NCBI GenBank assembly: GCA_963932905.1
Contig: CAWVRN010000021.1
Span: 1 to 64,000 of the forward strand
Length of the DNA stretch: 64,000 nucleotides
Origin: an uncultured Bdellovibrio sp.
GTDB taxonomy: Bacteria > Bdellovibrionota > Bdellovibrionia > Bdellovibrionales > Bdellovibrionaceae
Direction: 5' to 3'
Part shown: positions 1 through 10,039 of the stretch, in pieces
Numbering within the stretch: the stretch's first letter is position 1
Layout of the letters: each line of letters starts with the position of its first letter
The notes under the pieces: generated by a model
What the model was told of the DNA's origin: nothing
What the model saw: only the letters and a program-made list of their open reading frames with translations
Database searches by the model: none
Position numbers and translations under genes: made by a program

Positions 1-66
1 GTTGAATCTTTCTGGGTTTTAGATAGCACGTTTTAAATTCACTTGATTTGACGATGTTTTACTTGG

Positions 67-85
67 CCTTAGCCGCAGGCTAAGG
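67..85. terminator. Hairpin just downstream of the GST gene
   Basis: CCTTAGCC-GCA-GGCTAAGG inverted repeat 7 nt past the stop; no clear U-tract. Confidence 0.45.
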
Positions 86-92
86 GGCCAGT

Positions 93-761
93 TCAGAAAT
101 CAAACGCCACCGGGCCACCACGTAGAATGGCACGTTGATAGGCTGGTCGCGCTTGAATGGATTGAATCCATTTGGCAATATGAACTTTGCTTTTCGTTAA
201 TCCTCGGGATGCTGCGGCCTCTAGCGGATAGCTCATTTGGATATCCGCAGCGGTAAAATCATTGCCCGCAAACCATGGACGCGAACTTAATTCTTTATCT
301 AGAAATTCAAAATTTGATTTATATTGCGGACCAATGAGTTTCTGGTTAATCCCAATTTCAATCATCCGCGCAAAAGGGCGCAAGAAAAACGGAACGGGTG
401 GTTTTGAAATTCGATTAAATACTAATCCCAATAATAGTACTGGCATTAATGATCCTTCGGCGTAGTGAAGAAAATATTGAAAATTTCTCCAGTCAGTGGA
501 ATTTGATTTGGGCTGTAAACGGCCATTGCCATACGTTTCTAAAAGGTAAGTTATAATGGCGCCTGATTCCGCGATTTTGACAGTACCATCTTCTAGCACT
601 GGCGATTTTCCTAAGGGATGGACTTCTTTTAACTCTTTCGGAGCTAACATTGTTCTTTCATTTCGCTTGTAAAGTCGAATTTCATAAGGCAATTCAAGTT
701 CTTCTAGCAACCAAAGAACACGGTTTGAACGAGAATGGTCTAAGTGATGTACGGTAATCAT
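93..761 (-). CDS. Glutathione S-transferase family protein
   Basis: SRSNRVLWLLEEL, HPLGKSPVL, IAESGAI and FTAADIQMSYPL GST motifs. Confidence 0.92.
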   Translation of the reverse strand: MITVHHLDHSRSNRVLWLLEELELPYEIRLYKRNERTMLAPKELKEVHPLGKSPVLEDGTVKIAESGAIITYLLETYGNGRLQPKSNSTDWRNFQYFLHYAEGSLMPVLLLGLVFNRISKPPVPFFLRPFARMIEIGINQKLIGPQYKSNFEFLDKELSSRPWFAGNDFTAADIQMSYPLEAAASRGLTKSKVHIAKWIQSIQARPAYQRAILRGGPVAFDF

Positions 762-876
762 AGTGGCCTTTTTTCGGGTTAGTAGATTTGTATTAGGTTA
801 GCATGGGACAGAGGCGACGTCATTGACTACAATGAGGTGACCGACTTTATAATTCTTTTTTTAAATTGACCGTGAT

Positions 877-1806
877 ATGACCATTTTCATGACAACAAAA
901 AACGTAATTTTATCCCCTGAAGTGGACACCGCTTTAAAAAACAAAAAACCAGTTGTTGCCTTGGAATCAACCATCATTTCGCATGGAATGCCGTACCCAC
1001 AAAATTACGAAATGGCATTGGCCGTTGAAAACAAGGTCCACGCTGTTGGTGCTATTCCGGCCACCATTGCCATTATTGGTGGTCAATTGCGTGCAGGTTT
1101 ATCACATAGTGAAATCGAATCGTTTGCGAAAAAAGGAACACAGATAACAAAAGTCAGCCGACGAGACTTGCCCATTGTGATGGCTCAAAAAATAGATGGT
1201 GCAACGACGGTCGCAAGTACCATGATTATTGCCAGTCTTGCGGGAATTCCTATTTTCGCCACAGGCGGTATTGGTGGAGTTCATCGGCACGCAGAAACAA
1301 CGATGGATATTTCAGCGGATCTAGAAGAACTGGCACAAACAAACGTTGCTGTCATCAGTTCCGGAGCAAAATCAATTTTAGATATTGGGTTAACCTTAGA
1401 GTATTTAGAAACTAAAGGTGTCCCTGTGCTTGGCTATCAAACAAATGATCTTCCTGCTTTTTACACTCGAGAGAGTGGATTTAAAGTCGATGCCCGTGTA
1501 GATTCGGCCAAAGAAGTGGCCTCCATTCTGTACGTCAAATGGAAAACTGGATTACAAGGTGGTGTTGTCATCGCCAATCCAGTCCCTGAAGCGTATTCCT
1601 TAGATTTCAAAGACATGGAAAAAGTGATTGAAAATGCCTTATCCGAGATGAAACAAAAAGGCATCAAGGGTAAAGATTCAACACCATTTCTGTTAAGCAA
1701 AGTTAAGGATTTAACGGCAGGAAAAAGTCTAGAAACCAATATTCAGTTAGTTCTAAACAATGCCCGTGTCGCAGCTGAGATAGCGGTCGCGTATTCTAAG
1801 TTGTAA
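877..1806 (+). CDS. psuG: Pseudouridine-5'-phosphate glycosidase (start may be 889)
   Basis: [32 protein letters not shown] and GAKSILD motifs. Confidence 0.95.
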   Translation: MTIFMTTKNVILSPEVDTALKNKKPVVALESTIISHGMPYPQNYEMALAVENKVHAVGAIPATIAIIGGQLRAGLSHSEIESFAKKGTQITKVSRRDLPIVMAQKIDGATTVASTMIIASLAGIPIFATGGIGGVHRHAETTMDISADLEELAQTNVAVISSGAKSILDIGLTLEYLETKGVPVLGYQTNDLPAFYTRESGFKVDARVDSAKEVASILYVKWKTGLQGGVVIANPVPEAYSLDFKDMEKVIENALSEMKQKGIKGKDSTPFLLSKVKDLTAGKSLETNIQLVLNNARVAAEIAVAYSKL

Positions 1807-2158
1807 CTTTTTTTACAAATTCAGATTTTAAATTCATTGCGCCAAAACCATCGATTTTGCACGAGATATCATGGCCATCACCGGCGTCCATCAAACGAAT
1901 ATTTTTAACTTTCGTGCCGACCTTAACGGCGGAATTGGAACCTTTAATTCTAAGCTCTTTAATCAACGTGACAGAATCACCATCGTTTAAAACATTTCCA
2001 AACGCATCTTTGATTACGTTTGAATCGGTAGATTCTTCAGCGGCTGTGGACTGGATGGAAGGGACCCATTCGTTTCCGCACTCGGGACACATCCACATGT
2101 TACCGTCTTGATAGATATTTTCTGAATTACATTTTGGGCATTGTATTGGATCGCTCAT
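1796..2158 (-). CDS. Zinc-ribbon protein, YjdM/PhnA family
   Basis: CPKC...CPECGNEW ribbon followed by [17 protein letters not shown]...GTKVKNIRL. Confidence 0.9.
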   Translation of the reverse strand: MSDPIQCPKCNSENIYQDGNMWMCPECGNEWVPSIQSTAAEESTDSNVIKDAFGNVLNDGDSVTLIKELRIKGSNSAVKVGTKVKNIRLMDAGDGHDISCKIDGFGAMNLKSEFVKKVTT

Positions 2159-2173
2159 ATTGACTTCCTGTTT

Positions 2174-2776
2174 TTATTCTAAAACGTGTTTTAAAGTTTC
2201 GCGTCGTTCTTCTAAAGTCAGAACATAGGTTTTTGATTTAGGTTCGTATGTAGGCTGATTAAAAAATGGGTGGTTTTTATTTTTGCCAAAAATGAAACCT
2301 TTGAAAATGAACGGAACGACCGAGAAAAAATCCCGTGCTGCAAATTTTTCGGAAGTTCCTTCAGGCGGTACACCTTTAGCGAATTTTCCCATCACTCGAC
2401 TTTTCACTTGGCCTAATACTTTTGCGCGTTCAGTTTCGTCTTTAAATGGTAACATCGTGGAAAGCATTCCCACCCAAGGGAGCTTAGCCTGCGTATTTGC
2501 AATTGGAGTTTGGCAACACGATGCATACCAACGAAACAAACCTTTCGGTGACAAACGAATGCCGCGAATTAAATCCTGCCCATGTGTGATCCTAAAATTA
2601 GACGGGTAGACGGGAATAATTTCCGACCCACCATTTGCGTCTAGCAAATCTTGCCTATTGATGAAATGCAAAAATGCCTGGCAATCATCGCAGTAACAAA
2701 CAAGGCGACCTGGACTTTGTTTTGGAAAGTGACTAATTTCACCTTTAATTGAACCGCACTGACATTGAATATTCAT
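2174..2776 (-). CDS. DUF6151 / GFA-like Zn-binding protein
   Basis: CQCG, CYCDDCQ and RWYASCCQTPI cysteine motifs. Confidence 0.75.
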   Translation of the reverse strand: MNIQCQCGSIKGEISHFPKQSPGRLVCYCDDCQAFLHFINRQDLLDANGGSEIIPVYPSNFRITHGQDLIRGIRLSPKGLFRWYASCCQTPIANTQAKLPWVGMLSTMLPFKDETERAKVLGQVKSRVMGKFAKGVPPEGTSEKFAARDFFSVVPFIFKGFIFGKNKNHPFFNQPTYEPKSKTYVLTLEERRETLKHVLE

Positions 2777-2843
2777 ATATTAACTCCGCCTCTAAGTTAA
2801 AATAACCTGGACGTAAAGTTAAGTAGGAAGATAAGTTTTCCAA

Positions 2844-5087
2844 TTATTTCGTGTATGCTTCGATCTGAGCGTCGTTTAGCCGCATTGGCCAGTACTTAAG
2901 TTTTCTAAGCCAAAAAACTCCGCTATATATAATCGAGTCTGTATTTGGAACCGTTCCCGTGGTAACGAGGGATCCCAAAATACCATTTGAGCCACCCCTG
3001 AAACTGCCATTTTCATAGGCTAGAATGCTTTTGAATATTACGCGTGGGCGTAATGAGTAGGCACTGTTAGAATAGTACTGTAATGATCCACTTCGGTAGA
3101 CTACGTAGACCGGTTTATTGTTATAACCCTGAATTTCAATTTTATCATTGTTGCAAGTTGCGAGAGTGCAGACCCTAATCACGACCGTAAATTGACTAGC
3201 ATCATCATTATTTGGTTCACCTTCCGCATATAAAGTAGATGCTTCCCCAGCCAAATTCATCCAGGTGTTGCCACTAATCGTCCCACTATCGGCAGATCGT
3301 GTTAAGGTCGTGGTTCCTGCGTTTTGAATATAACTTGTAGCGGCTCCGCCACTTTCAAATTGCGCACCCCAAATATAAATTCCACTAACGCCATCGCCGA
3401 CATAAGAGCTATTTCCATTGTCATCTAATAGCTGTAAAGTAACTGTACCGGTTGCCGAGCCAGAGCCATTTGGTCCACTTAGCTCTATACGTGACCACCC
3501 GTTAGAGTGTTTGTTGATAGTTGCTGTTACGGTGGAAGCGCCAGTTCCAACTGCTGTGTTGTTTATTAAATCGTATGTCGCCGAGTAAGACCATGAAGTG
3601 GATGCTGATCTAGAAAAGTTTATTTTCAATTTGCTACGACCGTTTGGTTTTACGAAAAAAGAGACCACGTTTTTTACGGAAGCCGTTAATGTAACCGCGG
3701 ACTGTGTCACCTCGTGAACTGTTAAAGTTGTTCCGTCTGATGATTCCGTTAATGTGTTTCCTGTCAGAGTAGCCATAGGCGACGTTACTATACCGGTTGC
3801 CGCCGTTAAATTTGATTTTACCCAAATTGCATTCGTAAATGTTTCCGAGTATTTTGCCATATTAGTTTTTGCTGACTCAAGCAATAGACCTCTAAAGGCG
3901 CAGACGCCGCCACTACAAGACGTAGGATCGTAGTCAAATCGTGGGCCTCCGGATTGTGCCGTTGCTGTAGGTATAAAATATGTAGCGCTTGCACGGTTTT
4001 CTAGTTGTGCTCCATAAATGTATGCCCTTTTATTGGTACCTGCATATGAAGCGGCTGAGGAAGAACTTGAATTGCGCAAAGAAATGGCCGATGTTCCACC
4101 GCCGTTGGCACCAGCTGTTGCTGATAAAGTAATTCGATACCAACCACCACCGACGTCATAAATCTGAGCATCTGTCGCCCCATTGCCAGACGATTCAAGA
4201 ACACCAGTAGAAATATTGAAAATGGCGTAGGGCAAAGCCGCAAAAGCGGTACCCGATAAATTCAGAGCTGCGTATGTCTGGTCGATATACTTAATGTAAA
4301 CGCTTAAAGTATAAGGCGTTCCGGCCAACAGTGACGATACATTTTGGGAAACAGAATGTACGGCGGTAGTGCTACCTTCGTTAATTTCGTCGGCAGCTAG
4401 ATTTAGTGCTGGTGAATTCTCAACATTCGCTGTGATTGTCGATGCATTTTTTGTCCAAGAGGCGTTATCAAAGGCTTCGCTTTGCAACAGATAATTCGTT
4501 GGTGCGGTACGGATGGTTCCGGTAGAATCGTAGTAGGTTCCAATCCAGGTACCAACAGCTCGTGTGTTGCGATTGATTGGATTGTGGGTTGTGTATGTCG
4601 AAAAATCTACAGAGAAATTTGAAGTGTTAGTCAGGGTTACAAAATTGTCAGAACTTGCCGCCGCGCTGAAATTTCCGTACGGATCTTTTGCACGAACACT
4701 GGCATAATACTGAATACCGTTAGTTAACATAGCGCCAGAGAATTGATACGATAAATTTGTTCCTACATCTTGCCACGACAACACACTGGTGTCGCCAGCC
4801 GAAATACCAAGCGCCACCTCATAGGTCACATCTCCTGATTCATCAGTAGAGCTTGTCCAAGTTAAAGTGGGAGATTGCGAAACAGAACTAGTATAGTAAG
4901 CGGACCAGGTCAAACTTCCTGGAACAGTTGGTGGTATTGTATCTGTGGCTCCGGAGCTTGGACTTTCTAATCCAGGAGAAAAACCAGCAGATATTTGAGA
5001 AACTTTATTTGAATCTAATGGATTCACCATGCAGGAAATGAGTAGTAAATAGATTAACAAAAGCAATGTACTAAATAAGGTTTTCAA
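2844..5087 (-). CDS. Surface lipoprotein: FN3 domain, two phage fibre-like repeats and a LamG-like C-terminus
   Basis: Lipobox LLISC; FN3-like DTIPPTVP...YYASVRAKDPYGN; two repeats ending IY/WGAQL/FE; C-terminal LRKLKYWPMRLNDAQI; TTG start. Confidence 0.7.
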   Translation of the reverse strand: MKTLFSTLLLLIYLLLISCMVNPLDSNKVSQISAGFSPGLESPSSGATDTIPPTVPGSLTWSAYYTSSVSQSPTLTWTSSTDESGDVTYEVALGISAGDTSVLSWQDVGTNLSYQFSGAMLTNGIQYYASVRAKDPYGNFSAAASSDNFVTLTNTSNFSVDFSTYTTHNPINRNTRAVGTWIGTYYDSTGTIRTAPTNYLLQSEAFDNASWTKNASTITANVENSPALNLAADEINEGSTTAVHSVSQNVSSLLAGTPYTLSVYIKYIDQTYAALNLSGTAFAALPYAIFNISTGVLESSGNGATDAQIYDVGGGWYRITLSATAGANGGGTSAISLRNSSSSSAASYAGTNKRAYIYGAQLENRASATYFIPTATAQSGGPRFDYDPTSCSGGVCAFRGLLLESAKTNMAKYSETFTNAIWVKSNLTAATGIVTSPMATLTGNTLTESSDGTTLTVHEVTQSAVTLTASVKNVVSFFVKPNGRSKLKINFSRSASTSWSYSATYDLINNTAVGTGASTVTATINKHSNGWSRIELSGPNGSGSATGTVTLQLLDDNGNSSYVGDGVSGIYIWGAQFESGGAATSYIQNAGTTTLTRSADSGTISGNTWMNLAGEASTLYAEGEPNNDDASQFTVVIRVCTLATCNNDKIEIQGYNNKPVYVVYRSGSLQYYSNSAYSLRPRVIFKSILAYENGSFRGGSNGILGSLVTTGTVPNTDSIIYSGVFWLRKLKYWPMRLNDAQIEAYTK
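3321..4496 (-). repeat. Two diverged ~180-aa tandem protein repeats (about 4496-3966 and 3863-3321)
   Basis: NYLLQSEAFDNASWTK..GGGWYRITLS..IYGAQLE..ATYFIPT versus NMAKYSETFTNAIWVK..SNGWSRIELS..IWGAQFE..ATSYIQN. Confidence 0.85.
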
Positions 5088-6110
5088 TTAAAACCTCCAC
5101 TCAAGCCCAAGCTTCGTTCCGATGGTTGGAATTTTTTGCTCGACGATATTTGAGTTTTGAGACGCATAATTATAGTAGAGCTCACCTTGAACAATTGCAG
5201 ATTTAGTTTCATGACTTAGCAACAATCCCAGTTGCGCTGTAGTCCCAGATTTGGTTTTATATCCAATGCCGTCCGCTGGCATATCAGATGCGATTTGCAG
5301 ATGGGATCCCACTAAAATTAAAGCGGATCTATAAAAATTCTGAGAGTGATCAAGACCAACGAACTGAGTGACGATTTTATCGATTGTGATATTGGTTGCC
5401 GAGGTAGCACGTAAAAATATTTTTTCTTTTGCGCCCAAAGATATTTCAGTGTGTGATTCTGGAGTCCATTTATAGGTCAATCCGAAATCAAAAGTATTTA
5501 GGCTTCCCGAATTATTAGATAAAGTTTTTGAAGAAGAGATATCAGTTTGCATGATTTTGTACGACACTGATGATAACCCAAAACGGGTTGTCCATTTTTC
5601 GGTTACATCTAGTTTCCAATACAAGTCCATAGTGGGACTTACTTCTGATAGCAGAGTTGAGTTTTCACCATTACGTGAATCAGACGCATCTATTCGAAAA
5701 AACTGGGTGCCTAATTTTATACCTATACCGCTACGAGTGAGTTCTACGGGTAGTAATGGGCATTGGGGCTTGTCTTTTTCCGAAGGTTTAGCTTCGACTG
5801 TTGTAACTGCCGAGCTGTTTTCCTTGGCGGTATTATTTTCAGTAAAAGAAGACAGAGTTCGTTGTTGATGTTCGTGGCTTAAGTATATTTTTTGATTTGG
5901 ATAAATGCGGTTTGGATTACCAACTTTTGGATTCAGAGCGATAATTTTTCTTAGAGAACCTTTCGGTCCGTAAACGGAACCTGGATACTCTTTTCGAGCA
6001 ATGTCTGACAAAGTCTCACCGGATTTAACCCAATGGAAAGCATTCGCCCACAGGTCGAGCGCCAAGAAACTTAAAAATAAAACAAGACTCTTTGTTCGTT
6101 TTTTGATCAT
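5088..6110 (-). CDS. LysM domain plus putative outer-membrane beta-barrel protein
   Basis: Signal peptide; HWVKSGETLSDIA...NPNRIYPNQKI LysM domain; amphipathic strands ending KLGLEWRF (terminal Phe beta-signal). Confidence 0.75.
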   Translation of the reverse strand: MIKKRTKSLVLFLSFLALDLWANAFHWVKSGETLSDIARKEYPGSVYGPKGSLRKIIALNPKVGNPNRIYPNQKIYLSHEHQQRTLSSFTENNTAKENSSAVTTVEAKPSEKDKPQCPLLPVELTRSGIGIKLGTQFFRIDASDSRNGENSTLLSEVSPTMDLYWKLDVTEKWTTRFGLSSVSYKIMQTDISSSKTLSNNSGSLNTFDFGLTYKWTPESHTEISLGAKEKIFLRATSATNITIDKIVTQFVGLDHSQNFYRSALILVGSHLQIASDMPADGIGYKTKSGTTAQLGLLLSHETKSAIVQGELYYNYASQNSNIVEQKIPTIGTKLGLEWRF

Positions 6111-6371
6111 TTTTTGCCTGTTTCTTGTTTCGGCAAAGTATCTTCAAATATAAATAGTCTCCCGATAGAACGGTGGAAGATTTTAAATTTCTATAGTTTT
6201 TGTATTTTTTAAGCTACTAAAGCGATTTTGAAAGACCCATTTCGATACAGAACCTTACGTTCCTAGTCCAAAGTCATGTTATCTATAGCTAGTCTCGTTG
6301 TGAGACATTAGGATAAGCGAAATTCAAATAATTTTCAAAAGGGTCGAAATTACGGCAAGGATCTTGATACT

Positions 6372-6393
6372 TGGCCAACCCAAGGGTTGGCCA
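6372..6393 (-). terminator. Hairpin downstream of tpx
   Basis: Perfect inverted repeat TGGCCAACCC-AA-GGGTTGGCCA 7 nt after the stop. Confidence 0.65.
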
Positions 6394-6400
6394 TATAGAC

Positions 6401-6904
6401 CTACATATTGTTTAATGATTTTAGAGCAGCTTCGTAATTTGGTTCGTTTACAATATCAGCTACTTGTTCAGTATAGAGAACTTTATTGTTTTCATCCAAC
6501 ACAACAACGGCGCGTGAGCACAACCCTGCCATTGGGCCATCTTGAATTTGCAGGCCGTAATCTTTAGCAAATGTACTGCGGAACGAAGATAGAGTTTCCG
6601 CATTTGTAATGCCTTCAGCGCCACAAAAACGTTTTTGCGCAAATGGAAGATCAGCAGAAATATTGATGACAACAGTGTTTTTTGCACTGGCGGCGTCTTT
6701 GTTGAAATGTCTTACCGACATGGCGCATGTTCCTGTGTCAATACTTGGGAAAATATTTAATAATTTTTTCTTCCCTGTGAACGAACTTAAATTTGCGTCC
6801 GATAAATCAAGTTTTGTTAATTTAAAATCTGGAGCCATCGCGCCAACTTTTGGTAATTCACCAGTTGTGTTAACGGGATTGCCTTTTAATGTGATTTTTG
6901 CCAT
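6401..6904 (-). CDS. tpx: Thiol peroxidase (atypical 2-Cys peroxiredoxin)
   Basis: FPSIDTGTCA and SADLPFAQKRFCGAEG; start reassigned to ATG 6904, which follows an AGGAGA RBS. Confidence 0.95.
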   Translation of the reverse strand: MAKITLKGNPVNTTGELPKVGAMAPDFKLTKLDLSDANLSSFTGKKKLLNIFPSIDTGTCAMSVRHFNKDAASAKNTVVINISADLPFAQKRFCGAEGITNAETLSSFRSTFAKDYGLQIQDGPMAGLCSRAVVVLDENNKVLYTEQVADIVNEPNYEAALKSLNNM

Positions 6905-7086
6905 GAAACATCTCCTTTTTAAGTAATGCTTGTTACTGTACACGAAGAGGCCGAACATCAAACCGAAAATGGGAGGCGTTATTTCTTTTCCTGTGAAACA
7001 TATCACAATAACAACTAAATAAATCTCGGCTGAATACGCGCTGGTTATTTAAAAAATTTAGTAATATCAGCTATTTAAAAATTCAT

Positions 7087-7115
7087 TTGACGATTTCACA
7101 CGTTTTGCCTATAAT
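7087..7115 (+). promoter_or_regulatory. Sigma70 promoter of the ArsR-SRPBCC operon
   Basis: TTGACG-N17-TATAAT. Confidence 0.8.
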
Positions 7116-7146
7116 TAACTATTAGGTTAATTAACAAAAAGGTTTA
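7113..7146. promoter_or_regulatory. Tandem putative ArsR operator
   Basis: AATTAAC-N6-GTTAATT (7113-7132) and TTAAC-N6-GTTTA (7131-7146), overlapping the -10 element and start region. Confidence 0.65.
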
Positions 7147-7148
7147 AT

Positions 7149-7523
7149 ATGGGGCAGGACAATTTAAGTGCGACATTTGCGGCGTTAGCCGATCCCACTC
7201 GCAGGGCTATGCTGGCTCGCTTGTCTGAAGGGGAAGCTAACGTTTCTGATTTAGCTAAACCATTTTTGCATGAAATGAGTCTTCCCGCGGTGACCAAGCA
7301 CCTTAAAGTTTTAGAAAAAGCTGGATTGATTACAAAATCACGAGAAGCACAATGGCGCCCATGTAAGATCAATGCTGAAGCGTTGAAAGACGTTGCTGGT
7401 TGGATGGAACAATATCGGATTTTCTGGGAAGAAAGTTTTGATCGATTAGATGAATATTTAAAAACAGTGACTGGAAATAAAACTAAGAAAAAGAAAGGAA
7501 AACCTAATGCCCGTAAAAAATAA
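7149..7523 (+). CDS. ArsR/SmtB family transcriptional regulator
   Basis: FAALADPTRRAML...SLPAVTKHLKVLEKAGLI winged HTH. Confidence 0.92.
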   Translation: MGQDNLSATFAALADPTRRAMLARLSEGEANVSDLAKPFLHEMSLPAVTKHLKVLEKAGLITKSREAQWRPCKINAEALKDVAGWMEQYRIFWEESFDRLDEYLKTVTGNKTKKKKGKPNARKK

Positions 7524-8469
7524 TGAAATTAACATTGTCCGAATTTATGATGCTCCTGTAAAAGCCGTTTGGGATGCCTGGACTGATCCAAAGCAGACAG
7601 CGATGTGGTGGGGACCTAGGGGGTTTACTATTACAACTCATAGTAAAGATTTGAAGGCGGGCGGACATTGGGATTATACGATGCATGGACCAGATGGTAC
7701 GGATTATCCTAATACGACTAAATATTTCGAAGTCCAGACATACAAAAAACTGGTTTATGATCACGGCGGCTACAAAGACCGTCCTCCGCTATTTCGCGTG
7801 ACTGTATTATTTAGCGAAGAAAAAGGAAATAAGACAAAAATGGACATGACAATGTCGTTTGCGACACCAGAAGTAGCGGCAGAATCGCGCAAATTTATTA
7901 AAGCAGCCGGTGGTAATGCAACCTGGGATCGTTTAGCGGAATATGTTGAAAAAGAAAAAACAAACAAAGAAATTTTTGTTATCAATAGATCATTTAATAC
8001 TTCGCTAGAAACCATGTTTGCGATGTGGACGGACCCAAAACATTTTGAAAAATGGCTGCCGCCGACCGGTATGCAAATGAAGTTCCTTGAGGCTGATATC
8101 AGACCTGGAGGAAAAACTAAATATATGATGACTGGAAACGGAATTACTATGTATGGCCGTGCCGAGTATTTAAAAATCGAAAAACCAAGTTTGATTGTGT
8201 ATACTCAACAATTCTGCGATGAACATGGAAATGTTAGCCGCCATCCGTTTGCTCCTCTTTGGCCAGAGACAATGCTGACAACGGTGCAATTAGCGGCTGA
8301 AAGCGCTAACGAAACTCGAGTGACAATAACTTGGGAAGCATATGGCAAGTACACACCAGCGGAGCTTGCAGAATTTGTGAAAGAAAAACCAGGTATGACT
8401 ATCGGCTGGACAGGATCGATGGACAAACTGGAAGAGTATTTGGAAAAGGACGCGGGTCGTACGGTTTGA
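7507..8469 (+). CDS. Tandem SRPBCC (AHSA1-like) domain protein
   Basis: Two copies of R.(Y/F)...W..W(T)DP....W.P.G...D.(K/R).GG; overlaps the ArsR stop. Confidence 0.88.
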   Translation: MPVKNNEINIVRIYDAPVKAVWDAWTDPKQTAMWWGPRGFTITTHSKDLKAGGHWDYTMHGPDGTDYPNTTKYFEVQTYKKLVYDHGGYKDRPPLFRVTVLFSEEKGNKTKMDMTMSFATPEVAAESRKFIKAAGGNATWDRLAEYVEKEKTNKEIFVINRSFNTSLETMFAMWTDPKHFEKWLPPTGMQMKFLEADIRPGGKTKYMMTGNGITMYGRAEYLKIEKPSLIVYTQQFCDEHGNVSRHPFAPLWPETMLTTVQLAAESANETRVTITWEAYGKYTPAELAEFVKEKPGMTIGWTGSMDKLEEYLEKDAGRTV

Positions 8470-8529
8470 TCTGAAGACGTCTGCAATCGAAAATGTTCAG
8501 TTGACCCTTTTTATGCAGACGTTCAGAAT

Positions 8530-9306
8530 TTGGATATGCGTGATAGTGTCGGTTGGGGCATATTTTTTTTCAAAGTATTTGTCATTTCGCTAGTTGTTTT
8601 AGGATTTAGTTATTGGCAGTCTCAAAAGCTGCCGACTAAGTTCGTTTCACTTGAACATTTACAGAAAGAACCTCTTCAGACAGAAACATCTAAGAAATCA
8701 TTTACGACAGAAACTAATGGACATATTTACCAAATAGATCCTGTATTTGATTATGAAATTTGGGGCGTTGTCGTAGCTGATCACAATTCCGATAGCTGGT
8801 TAGATAACACTCATGAGTCTTGGGGGGATTATATCAATACCAAAGACATTTGTGTTATTTGGGGCGCGAATATTTTAAATCCGCAGCTGGATAAGTTGAA
8901 CTTCAGTCATGGATCATTTACTTGCTATGTGAATACCAAAAGTTCGCAAGCATGGCAGAGTTTTAACAAAGAAAAATTATCTAATAATCACTTGATACCA
9001 GCTAATAAAGAAATCGAACAGTTGATCAGAAAATCACATATTGGTGATGAAATTCGAATGAAGGGGCAACTAGTTAATTACAATGTTAACGGTGGGCCTT
9101 TTAGAAAATCTAGCACGGTACGCACGGATATGGAAAACGGTGCGTGTGAGATCATTTATGTAAATGAATTTGAAACGTTTGCTCGAAACAATAAAATATG
9201 GTTTTTTCTGGTAACCCTAAGTAAAATCACTGCTGTTCTGTCGCTGTTGGCGGGTTTGGCGTTCGTGTTTCTAGTGCCCTTTACAACGTCGACTCACGAC
9301 GGGTAA
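8530..9306 (+). CDS. Hypothetical membrane protein
   Basis: N- and C-terminal TM segments flanking a soluble domain with SNNHLIPA and GACEIIYV. Confidence 0.65.
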   Translation: MDMRDSVGWGIFFFKVFVISLVVLGFSYWQSQKLPTKFVSLEHLQKEPLQTETSKKSFTTETNGHIYQIDPVFDYEIWGVVVADHNSDSWLDNTHESWGDYINTKDICVIWGANILNPQLDKLNFSHGSFTCYVNTKSSQAWQSFNKEKLSNNHLIPANKEIEQLIRKSHIGDEIRMKGQLVNYNVNGGPFRKSSTVRTDMENGACEIIYVNEFETFARNNKIWFFLVTLSKITAVLSLLAGLAFVFLVPFTTSTHDG

Positions 9307-9352
9307 ATCGTCACTTGCTTTTTATCTATTTAGCTCGACAATAAAAATCGAT

Positions 9353-10039
9353 ATGAAAAAAAATAACTATTTTGGAATGGGATTCAAGCTGATGGTCCCT
9401 ATTACGACGGGTATTATTCCATTTGGGGCTGTCGTTGGAACTTTGTGTTCTGAAGCCAAGTTTAATTTTGTACAAACAGTGGGAATGAATATTTTTGTAT
9501 ATGCAGGAGCGGCGCAACTAGCAGCGATTGACCTTATGACAAAACAGGCCGTGATTATGGTTGTAGTCGTTACCGGCTTGGTGATTAATTTAAGGTTCCT
9601 TTTGTACAGCGCCGCGATGGCGCCGTTTCTGAAGAAATCAAGTCTATTGGAAAAATTTATTGCCGCTCATTTGTTGACTGATCAGAGCTACGCCGTGATG
9701 TCGGCAAATCACGACAAGCTGCCCACAGCTAAAGACGCGGTTAAATTTTATTTTGGCGCCTCATTGTGTATGATTTTGGTTTGGCAGCTGAGTGTGCTCG
9801 CCGGTTTTACATTTGGTAATTTCGCACCTCCTTCATGGGGGCTTGATTTTGGCGTTCCTATTAGTTTCGTTGCCTTGGTTTTACCTACTTTAAAGAATAG
9901 GAAATATGTTGTTGTGGCGCTGTTCTCGGCCACTGTTTCTATATTGCTTTATACTGTGCCAATGCGCCTCGGATTAATTGTGACGGCAACATTATCTATT
10001 ATACTGGCTATGTTTCTAACTCGAAAGAAAGTTCTATGA
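9353..10039 (+). CDS. azlC: AzlC family branched-chain amino acid exporter permease
   Basis: FVYAGAAQLAA, INLRFLLYSA and LLTDQSYA motifs. Confidence 0.88.
   Translation: MKKNNYFGMGFKLMVPITTGIIPFGAVVGTLCSEAKFNFVQTVGMNIFVYAGAAQLAAIDLMTKQAVIMVVVVTGLVINLRFLLYSAAMAPFLKKSSLLEKFIAAHLLTDQSYAVMSANHDKLPTAKDAVKFYFGASLCMILVWQLSVLAGFTFGNFAPPSWGLDFGVPISFVALVLPTLKNRKYVVVALFSATVSILLYTVPMRLGLIVTATLSIILAMFLTRKKVL

Noticed and set aside
6127..6134. GCCGAAAC sigma28-like -10 element upstream of the LysM gene
   Set aside because: No properly spaced TAAA -35 element
6292..6306. GTCTC-N5-GAGAC dyad, with a weaker relative at 10985-10999
   Set aside because: Five-bp arms arise readily by chance; needs a genome-wide count before it can be called a motif
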